Assembly: GCA_963719315.1 (NCBI GenBank)
Contig: CAVRBU010000014.1
Span: 1-12,775, forward strand
DNA from: an uncultured Planctomycetota bacterium
GTDB taxonomy: Bacteria > Planctomycetota > Planctomycetia > Pirellulales > Lacipirellulaceae
Length of the DNA stretch: 12,775 nt
Direction of reading: 5' to 3'
Shown: one piece after another, positions 1 through 6,439 of the stretch
Layout of the letters: each line of letters begins with the position of its first letter
Position numbering within the stretch: the stretch's first letter is position 1
Made by a program: the position numbers and the translations under genes
Notes under the pieces: generated by a model
The model's input: the letters and a program-made list of their open reading frames with translations, nothing else
Databases searched by the model: none
What the model was told of the DNA's origin: nothing

Positions 1-4
1 GCCG

Positions 5-411
5 CCGGGGGCGTAGCCCGCGGCCACTCAGCGTGTTGGCGAGGCTGGACCTGTTGCGGCGGCGACGCGTGTGATGTCGCCGCTACGCGGCTGGGACCCT
101 TGTCCTATCAGGCGTCCGTGGGCTGGCGTCCACGGCTAATTGCTGTCGTCGCTTGCGACTGTCCGATGGCAGATTGCGGCGCAATGGTGACTCTGGCGCA
201 TCAGCCGCGCAGCGGCGAGATGGCTTAGCCGGGTGGCGTAAGCCCCCGGAAACGTGTCGCAATGAGATCCCTCAAGCCGCGCAGCGGCGACATCGCGCAC
301 GATTGTGGCGTTCGCGGAACGAGCGTGTCGCCGCTGCGCGGCTGGGGCTCTTGTCGTCTCTGGTTCCGTGGGCTCGCGCCCACGGCTAAGCGCTGCCGTC
401 GCTGCGCGACT
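5..411. repeat. REP/REPIN-like cluster 1: tripartite palindromic units (A-B-A)
   Basis: Motif A GTCGCCGCTGCGCGGCT and motif B CCGTGGGC-loop-GCCCACGGCTA. Units: 76-160 (+; B at 116-138), 203-291 (-; B at 226-249), 327-411 (+; B at 366-388), plus a degenerate B at 5-23. Units 203-291 and 327-411 form an inverted doublet. Confidence 0.9.
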
Positions 412-427
412 AATTCCAGCGGCGACC

Positions 428-472
428 TCAGTCCCAGAGATATCGCGCGTCGTACTCGACTTCGTGTTTTAC
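428..472 (-). pseudogene. 3' remnant of an IS200-like/RAYT tyrosine transposase
   Basis: Encodes ...KHEVEYDARYLWD*, with the last 12 aa identical to the C-terminus of the transposase at 2237-2689. 421-466 vs 2230-2275 match at 41/46 nt. Similarity is lost upstream of about 480. Confidence 0.85.
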
Positions 473-512
473 TGCAATTTGTCGCATTTCTCGTCGCCGC
501 GCGATTATTCGC

Positions 513-540
513 TTGTGTTTGCTACGGGTACTGCTAGGAT
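513..540 (+). promoter_or_regulatory. Putative sigma70-type promoter for the PEP-CTERM gene
   Basis: TTGTGT (513-518), 16-nt spacer, extended -10 TGcTAGGAT (532-540); about 170 nt upstream of ATG 712. Confidence 0.45.
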
Positions 541-596
541 GGCGCACGCGGCGGTTAAATCCGACCCAACGGCCCCGGCCAAAAAAAGCTAACGAC

Positions 597-666
597 AAGG
601 CGCCACGATTCTCGAAACCCGGCTGCTCAGGCAGTGTCCGGGGCAAGGCTCATGGCGCCTTTTTTT
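597..666 (+). promoter_or_regulatory. Structured 5' leader with terminator-like U tract (candidate attenuator / cis-regulatory RNA)
   Basis: Outer stem AAGGCGCCA (597-605) / TGGCGCCTT (653-661) encloses inner stem CCCGG-CTGC-[TCAG]-GCAG-tgt-CCGGG (618-642) and ends in a T7 run (660-666). Confidence 0.5.
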
Positions 667-711
667 GTTGCTACACTCACCCCCAGCTTGCAAACCCTCG
701 GCGGATGCAAC

Positions 712-1684
712 ATGACGACTAACAGGTTCGTTGCGTTAACTCTTGCGGCATTCTTTTGCACGGGCTGCGCCGGCGCGCCTGGAGTGACACCTTCGGCAGC
801 GGCGCGAACACGTTCGACATCGAGTTCGTCACGATCGGCAATCCGGGCAACGCGGCCGACACGACGGGCAGCCCGAATCCGGCTCTGTGCCTTACGATTA
901 TCGCATTGGCAAATTTGAAATCTCCGAGCAGATGATCGACAAGGCCAACACGCTGGGCCACCTCGACATCACCAAAGTCACTCGCGGTGCCGACAAGCCG
1001 GCAACGTCGGTGAGTTGGAACGAAGCGGCCCGGTTTGTGAACTGGCTCAACGTCAGCACAGGCCACATGCCGGCGTATAAGTTCGGTACCCAGCCGGGAG
1101 GTGCCGGCTACAACGCCAACACCGATATTGAACTGTGGACACCTAGCGACGCCGGCTACGATCCGAACAATTTGTACCGCAACAGTTTGGCGTGGTATTT
1201 TCTGCCTAGCGTCGATGAGTGGTACAAAGCGGCGTATTACGATCCGACGAGCGGTGTCTATTACGACTACCCCACTGGCAGCGACACGGCGCCCACGCCC
1301 GTCGCCAGCGGAACAGCGGCGGGTACGGCCGTGTATCTACAGTCTCAAGCTACAGGTCCTGCGGATATTACGCTTGCCGGGGGCCTGAGTCCCAACGGGA
1401 CAATGGCCCAGGGAGGTAACGCCTATGAATGGGAAGAGACGGAGCGAGATTTGGTGAACGATTCAGGTTCGTCTGAGCGCGGCGTTCGCGGTGGCTATTG
1501 GGGCTTCAACTCTAACATCTTGTTGCTGTCGTCGGTTCGGAGCAGCGCCGGCCCGACAAACGGGAACAGCAGCCTCGGCTTTGGTTTCCGCGTCGCAAGT
1601 ATTGCGATCCCTGAGCCAAGCACGCTGCTGCTGGTAGCGCTGGCCGGCATGGGTCTGTTGGGGCGGCGGCGACGGCGAGTGTGA
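712..1684 (+). pseudogene. Secreted FGE-sulfatase (SUMF1/CLec-fold) domain protein with PEP-CTERM sorting signal; two frameshifts near the 5' end
   Basis: Signal peptide MTTNRFVALTLAAFFCTGCAGA from ATG 712 (frame 1). DTFGSGANTFDIEFVTIGNPGNAADTTGSPNP is in frame 3 (786-881). GSVPYDYRIGKFE...VSWNEAARFVNWLN...LPSVDEWYKAAYYD...QGGNAYEWEE...RGGYW...GFRVAS is in frame 2 (881-1684), ending IPEPSTLLLVALAGMGLLGRRRRRV. Indels at ~777 and ~880; may be intact if these are sequencing errors. Confidence 0.85.
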
Positions 1685-1685
1685 T

Positions 1686-2221
1686 GCCGCCGCTACGCGG
1701 CTGGTAGCTTGTTCTATCCAGTTTCCGTGGGCTGACGCCCACGGCTAGGCGCTGCCGCCGCTGCGCGGCTGTCCATTGGTAACTGGCGCCGCAATCGTGG
1801 CGGGGTGGTAGAGCGCCTCTACGAATCCGGCGCACATCAGCCGCTGGCTAATAATCGTTTATCGCTGCGCGGCTGTTCGATGGCAGGCTGCGCCGCAATT
1901 GTCACTGAGGCGTATCAGCCGCGCAGCGGCGAGATCACTTAGCCGTGGGCGTTCGCCCACGGAAGAAGGGTCGCAATTGAGTTGGCAAGCCGCGCAGCGG
2001 CGACATCAAGCACGATCGTAGTGTTTGCGGAACGAACGTGTCGCCGCTGCGCGGCTGGGGCTCTTGTCGACTCTGGTTCCGTGGGCTCGCGCCCACAGCT
2101 AAATGATTTCGCCGCTGCGCGGCTTCGATGCCGTGCCGCCTATTTTCCGTGGGCTGGCGCCCACGGCTAAGCGCTGCCGTCGCTGCGCGACTATCAAATC
2201 GACGAACGTCACTGCGCGGCT
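1686..2221. repeat. REP/REPIN-like cluster 2 (same A-B-A family)
   Basis: Units 1686-1770 (+; B 1725-1747), partial A 1863-1874, 1917-2004 (-; B 1940-1962), 2040-2124 (+; B 2079-2101), 2109-2192 (+; B 2147-2169), partial A 2208-2221. Confidence 0.9.
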
Positions 2222-2236
2222 AATTTATTGGCGACA

Positions 2237-2689
2237 TCAATCCCAGAGATACCGCGCGTCGTACTCCACCTCGTGCCTAGCCAGCAATTCGAGTAACTCC
2301 GCCTGGAAATCCCGCTCGGCATGGTGGCTCTTTTGAGCGCGAATGTACTCGCGAACAGAATCCACTTGCGACTTGCTCACCGTGAATGCGGCGTAGCCGT
2401 CCTGCCAGCCGAACTTGGCCAGATCGGGTCTCGATTCGTGGACCCACTTGGAGGAGTTGGCTTTGATTTCCCGCAGCGCGTCGGAAACGGCGATCTTGGG
2501 CGGTAGGATGGCCAGGATATGCACGTGGTCCAGCATGCCGTTGATTTCCACGCAAACGCCTCCGATGCCGCGAACGATGCCGGAGATGTATTTGTGAAGT
2601 TCATCCTCGATGGCCGAGGTGATGAAGCGACCGCGATTCTTGGTGCTGAATACGATGTGGTAAAACAATATCATGTAGGTTCCGGCCAT
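2237..2689 (-). CDS. tnpA: IS200/IS605-family HUH Y1 transposase, likely REP-associated (RAYT-like); no tnpB
   Basis: 150 aa with HIVFSTKNR N-terminal motif, HUH motif DHVH, WQDGYAAFTVS and catalytic YxxxQ (EYIRAQ); flanked on both sides by REP-like units. Confidence 0.93.
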   Translation of the reverse strand: MAGTYMILFYHIVFSTKNRGRFITSAIEDELHKYISGIVRGIGGVCVEINGMLDHVHILAILPPKIAVSDALREIKANSSKWVHESRPDLAKFGWQDGYAAFTVSKSQVDSVREYIRAQKSHHAERDFQAELLELLARHEVEYDARYLWD

Positions 2690-2711
2690 GATTTGTTCGC
2701 CCGTGTGTGAC

Positions 2712-2795
2712 GTCGCCGCTGCGCGGCTGGTACGTGTTTTATCTCATTTCCGTGGGCTGGCGCCCACGGCTAAGCGCTGTCGCCGCTTCGCGGCT
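2712..2795 (+). repeat. Single A-B-A REP-like unit upstream of tnpA
   Basis: A 2712-2728, B 2750-2772, A 2779-2795. 2747-2779 is identical (33 bp) to 2144-2176 on the other side of tnpA. Confidence 0.9.
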
Positions 2796-3347
2796 GCGAT
2801 CAGACCGAGCGGCCGATGGCGCTGCGACCGTCACGCGGCGGTAGAGTAGGTCGATGAAATTGGCCAACAGCTCGGCCTCGCCGCTTTCCAGGATGACACT
2901 CACCTGCCGCCAGACGTCGCGCTTGGCGTTCATGGCCTCGGCCGCGGCCACGATTCCCTCCGGCGTCATCTGGCCGCCGGTGCCGAAGCGGCTATAGAGC
3001 TCATCGAAATCGGCCTCCGACCAGTTCTTGAATGTTTCAGTGTGTCCGGCGACGACGCCTTCCACGAGCGAATTGGTGGCCCGATCGAATTGCCGCGGCG
3101 CGTGCCGGCCCGGCGGCCGAAACAGTTCGTCCATTTCCAGGCCCAAGCCCTGAGCCAGCTTGTGCAGCGTGCGGGCATGCGGGTTCGTAGCCCCGCGGAC
3201 GACGCCGCGGACGGTTCGCTCGTCGAGTTCCGTCGCCGTGACGACGTCTTCGAACGTCAACCCCGCGCGGGCCATGTGCCGGCGGAGATTCAGGGCGACC
3301 GTGGCTGCTTCAGGATGGACGAGGGAGGTGGAAATCACGGGGCACAC
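2739..3347 (-). CDS. XRE-family helix-turn-helix transcriptional regulator
   Basis: N-terminal XRE HTH (NLRRHMARAGLTFEDVVTATELDERTVRGVVRGATNPHARTLHKLAQGLGLEMDELF) plus an uncharacterised C-terminal domain. The last ~18 codons run through the REP unit. Start codon uncertain. Confidence 0.85.
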   Translation of the reverse strand: MCPVISTSLVHPEAATVALNLRRHMARAGLTFEDVVTATELDERTVRGVVRGATNPHARTLHKLAQGLGLEMDELFRPPGRHAPRQFDRATNSLVEGVVAGHTETFKNWSEADFDELYSRFGTGGQMTPEGIVAAAEAMNAKRDVWRQVSVILESGEAELLANFIDLLYRRVTVAAPSAARSDRSREAATALSRGRQPTEMR

Positions 3348-3508
3348 TAGGATAGCGCGGCAGAATAAACGGAGATGCCATTATGTACATGCGTATAGTA
3401 TTTGGCCGTTGCTGTCAAGTGATGCAAAATGGGTAATAATTACTTCCGTGGTTGGCGAAAGACGTGCCACCCAGCCGACATTCAAGAACTGTTGAGAGTA
3501 TCGGGGCA

Positions 3509-3751
3509 ATGACCACGAGCCATCACGAATATCGGGGCTACGTGTTTACGATCGGTTATCAGCCGAAAGCGCCAATCTATTCAGTTGAGTTCGCCGATTT
3601 TCCCGAGATCATCACCAGCGGCAATTCTTTGGGCGAGGCGTTTGGCAACGCATGTGAAGCGCTCGACCTGCACGTTGAGAGCCAGCAAAAGCTCGGCAAG
3701 CAGGTGCCGAAACCGAAGCATTCACTCGTCGTTGAAGCGGCAAGTCACTGA
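3509..3751 (+). CDS. HicB-family antitoxin-like protein (short form, no DNA-binding domain)
   Basis: YSVEFADFPEIITSGNSLGEAFGNACEALDLHVE...GKQVPKP matches the HicB partial RNase H fold. ATG at 3509 chosen over the upstream TTG at 3452. Confidence 0.8.
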   Translation: MTTSHHEYRGYVFTIGYQPKAPIYSVEFADFPEIITSGNSLGEAFGNACEALDLHVESQQKLGKQVPKPKHSLVVEAASH

Positions 3752-3783
3752 GGTTACGGCACGCGGAGAGGCTGTGATGTTTT

Positions 3784-3843
3784 GTGGGGTGGGCATCGCC
3801 CACCACATGATGCGTTATCGTCGGTGGGCGATGCCCACCCTAC
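3784..3843. repeat. GTAG-family REP doublet (REPIN) between convergent genes
   Basis: GTGGGGTGGGCATCGCCCACC (3784-3804) and GGTGGGCGATGCCCACCCTAC (3823-3843; reverse complement GTAGGGTGGGCATCGCCCACC), 20/21 inverted identity, each with an internal hairpin. Confidence 0.85.
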
Positions 3844-3971
3844 ATGTTGTGACGAGACCACACAGTTTTTGAAAAACTCACAAGCTCGAAGTGTGCCTAC
3901 TACTTCGCCAACTCTCCTGGATCCGCGAGAGGGAATTGCGGCTCGCGGAGCGAGACGCCTACACTAAGTAC

Positions 3972-5054
3972 CTACCGCAGCGCCATCTCTTCCTGGCCAT
4001 CATCGGTCAGCGCGACTACCGGCCGCTCGGGCGGGAAGAACAGATCGACGATGCCGTGCACCAAGCCGATCGTTTCGGGGTCGGACGTGCCGAACCGCGT
4101 GGCCAGCGGTGCGAAGAGCCAGCGGCCCTCGGGCCAGCGGACGTCCATCGCCTTCGCGCAGTCTTCCAGCAATTGGTAGACGCGGGCTCGCGTGACGCCG
4201 ATCGCTTCCGCCTGCTGCTTGACGCTGGGCGCATTCTCGTCGAGGCAGAGTCGCGCGGCGGCGAGGCCGGCCACTTGGTCGCCGAGGTCGATCTTCACCT
4301 GGTGGATCATCGGTTTGACGATGTGCTTGTGCAGTTCATCGACGGGCGGCAGATCGGGCTGGCCCACTATTTCCATCAGCCATCGCGTGATCGGCGGAAC
4401 GAACCGCGGCACGATCACCACATCGATGTTTTCTGGCAGCGTGGCGGTGGCCAACGCTTCGTGAGCCGTGCAGAACACTTCCAGAATCGCGTGCAACCGC
4501 TTTTCGCCGTGCGTCTTGAGCGAGCGGATGTCGGCCAGCGAACGGTCGGCATACTCTTCGAGCCGCGAATGCCAAATCACTGTGGGGAGCGACTGGAGCG
4601 ACGGCGCAAGGCGACCGAGCTTTTCCTGTCGCAAACCGTAGCGATTCACCGTTTCGCACCATTGCGTCCACAGCGATTCGGAAACGATCGACGCATCGAA
4701 CCCGCCGGTCGGAGTCGGCTGCTTGGAGCGTTTGGCGGCATCCGGCGTGCTGAGTCCGAACGGCGCATCCGGCGCGGAGGCCTTCGATGCTCGTTTGAGC
4801 AGGTCGAAGAATCCCAGAATCTTCTTGTGGCCCACGCCCGGCGTGGACATCAATTCGTCGAAGGGTTGCGACAGGAGGTCGCGCAGCGGGCGATCGAGAA
4901 ACGCAATCGGAAGCCGGCGATCGGTCGGCAACACCCAATACGACAGGGCCTTATCGAGTCGGCCGTCGTCGGTCCGTTCAACCAAGGCCTTGCGAAGTCG
5001 TTCGTACGTGCCGATCAGCCGATAGCGATCATTCGAGATAGCTTTTCTGGCCAT
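3972..5054 (-). CDS. Hypothetical protein with two RNAP alpha-CTD-like HhH motifs and a C-terminal sigma70 region-4-like HTH
   Basis: 360 aa with GGAG RBS upstream. Motifs: PLRDLLSQPFDELMSTPGVGHKKI (aa ~56-79), RLEEYADRSLADIRSLKTHGEKRL (aa ~164-187), LAAARLCLDENAPSVKQQAEAIGVTRARVYQLLE (aa ~264-297). Domain calls are by-eye. Confidence 0.75.
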   Translation of the reverse strand: MARKAISNDRYRLIGTYERLRKALVERTDDGRLDKALSYWVLPTDRRLPIAFLDRPLRDLLSQPFDELMSTPGVGHKKILGFFDLLKRASKASAPDAPFGLSTPDAAKRSKQPTPTGGFDASIVSESLWTQWCETVNRYGLRQEKLGRLAPSLQSLPTVIWHSRLEEYADRSLADIRSLKTHGEKRLHAILEVFCTAHEALATATLPENIDVVIVPRFVPPITRWLMEIVGQPDLPPVDELHKHIVKPMIHQVKIDLGDQVAGLAAARLCLDENAPSVKQQAEAIGVTRARVYQLLEDCAKAMDVRWPEGRWLFAPLATRFGTSDPETIGLVHGIVDLFFPPERPVVALTDDGQEEMALR

Positions 5055-5280
5055 TGCTAAATTGCTCCATGGTAAAGTGGTTCATCCTCCTGACATCAAC
5101 CAGTTGCAGACCATGAGAAGCGTGAGCACTCGTCTCGTTCCTGGGGCTCGGCTCACGGGCATTACGTCAAAGTTTCTGCAGAGGGGCCCGGTGGTAACTT
5201 CGGTTGGATTGGGGCGTGGTTTCGTTCGTGTGTGAAGTTTGATGCTATCACCCCACGCCAAGGGGGTATTCGTCTAAGGC

Positions 5281-5327
5281 ATTCTTTTCATTAGACTGCG
5301 TAGTGTCAACAGGATTTAAGGTGTCAA
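5281..5327 (-). promoter_or_regulatory. Putative sigma70 promoter / tandem TTGACAC boxes upstream of the 360-aa gene
   Basis: Minus-strand TTGACA at 5309-5304 with a 17-nt spacer to AAGAAT (5286-5281); a second TTGACA lies 18 bp upstream (5327-5322). Confidence 0.4.
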
Positions 5328-5551
5328 ATACGCCGAAATCATGGCAGTTTTTGCAGTTTGGACAAGCTACGCGGGCTTTTATCGACAGTTTATGCCCGAT
5401 TTGCCTGTCACAATTATACGCTACCGAGTGCCAAGAACCGGGGCAAAAATCCCGGATTTTTTGGAACACGCTTACCCCACGCTGGACAATTTTGCACTGT
5501 TGCTGCCCGCAAGCCTATTCCATTGTTGGTGGAGGTAACCGATTTGTCGCC

Positions 5552-6292
5552 TCAGAAAGTCAATTCCATTTCGTCGCGACCTAACTCGATGTTCTTGAAC
5601 GTGCGCTTGGCTGCGGTCATGTCGAACGCATCGTCGCTAGGGATCTGTGGGTCGATATGCACCAACACGAGCCGGCCGGCGCTCGCCGCGGCCGCCACTG
5701 CCGCGACATTTGCCAGCGAACTATGACCGGTGCGCGTTGGCAGATTATCGGCGTCACTTGCGAAGTACGATTCGTGCACCAAGAGATCGACGCCTCGAAT
5801 CTGCTCGATGTACGCGGCCCCGGCTGTTGCCGTAGTATCTGTGATGTAGGCCAGGGAGCGGCCGGGCCACTCGAGCCGAAACCCCAACGAACCGCCGGGG
5901 TGCGACAAATGGAAGTGCGTTAGCGTGCCGCCATCAGGCAATGGGCAGGGGCCGCGGAATGGCTCGAACTTGAACGATGGCGGCACTGGGAAAATTGCTT
6001 CCGCGAACAAGTGTTCGCGCACAGCCGCGAGCTTGGCCGAGTCGCTATGAACGGTCGTGTAGGATAACACGTCCGGCGGCACGAGGTTGATTAGATACGT
6101 TAGGCCCGCAATGTGATCGAGATGGGCGTGCGTGAGAAAGATGTCCAACTGGTCAGTCTGCAAGTGTTGACCAAGCCGATACATTCCGGTGCCGGCATCC
6201 AGCACGACGCCGACTTCCGGCAGAATCAAGCAAGCCGTTTGCCGCTGGCTCGTGGGGAAATAGCCGCCGGTGCCGAGCAGAATAAGCTTCAT
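5552..6292 (-). CDS. MBL-fold metallo-hydrolase, RNase Z/BN (ElaC)-like
   Basis: MKLILLGTGG start, LDAGTG, THAHLDH (HxHxDH), AYITDT, DLLVHES, GHS and LVLVH motifs; 246 aa, shorter than canonical RNase Z. Confidence 0.88.
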   Translation of the reverse strand: MKLILLGTGGYFPTSQRQTACLILPEVGVVLDAGTGMYRLGQHLQTDQLDIFLTHAHLDHIAGLTYLINLVPPDVLSYTTVHSDSAKLAAVREHLFAEAIFPVPPSFKFEPFRGPCPLPDGGTLTHFHLSHPGGSLGFRLEWPGRSLAYITDTTATAGAAYIEQIRGVDLLVHESYFASDADNLPTRTGHSSLANVAAVAAAASAGRLVLVHIDPQIPSDDAFDMTAAKRTFKNIELGRDEMELTF

Positions 6293-6293
6293 A

Positions 6294-6322
6294 ACGACAG
6301 ATTCCGTTTACCTATCTATAAT
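6294..6322 (+). promoter_or_regulatory. Putative sigma70 promoter for the ABC substrate-binding gene
   Basis: ACGACA (6294-6299), 17-nt spacer, perfect TATAAT (6317-6322). Confidence 0.55.
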
Positions 6323-6332
6323 CGGGCCGTTC

Positions 6333-6399
6333 TCTCCGCGCCCTCTGTTCCCCCTGTTCTATTTTATTTTCGAACAGGATGAAACAGAGGACGCGGAGA
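6333..6399. repeat. Long imperfect inverted repeat in the divergent intergenic region
   Basis: TCTCCGCG/CGCGGAGA, CCTCTGTT/AACAGAGG and CCTGTTC/GAACAGG stems around an AT-rich 12-nt loop (6360-6371). Confidence 0.75.
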
Positions 6400-6439
6400 A
6401 AGGCGAGTTGCACTGCGGACTGGGTGGAAAAAGCCTCTT

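Noticed and set aside
153..592. Short ORFs 153-389, 262-537, 305-592 (and 1512-1835, 1982-2170, 2103-2336)
   Set aside because: Translations of GC-rich REP repeats (SPLRG, RRCAA peptides) with no protein-like features.
428..646. 72-aa ORF as a real gene
   Set aside because: Only the last ~13 residues are transposase-like; the rest is antisense to the promoter and leader region.
590..670. c-di-GMP-I/II or other known riboswitch
   Set aside because: Characteristic conserved nucleotides (e.g. GCAAAC...GACGCAAAGC of c-di-GMP-I) are not recognisable; kept only as an unassigned structured leader.
76..2221. CRISPR array interpretation of the palindromic repeats
   Set aside because: Two alternating motifs in both orientations, degenerate copies, spacers homologous to one another and no cas genes; the pattern fits REP/REPIN clusters.
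3891..5060. 389-aa plus-strand ORF
   Set aside because: Antisense shadow of the 360-aa minus-strand gene, which has an RBS and recognisable motifs.
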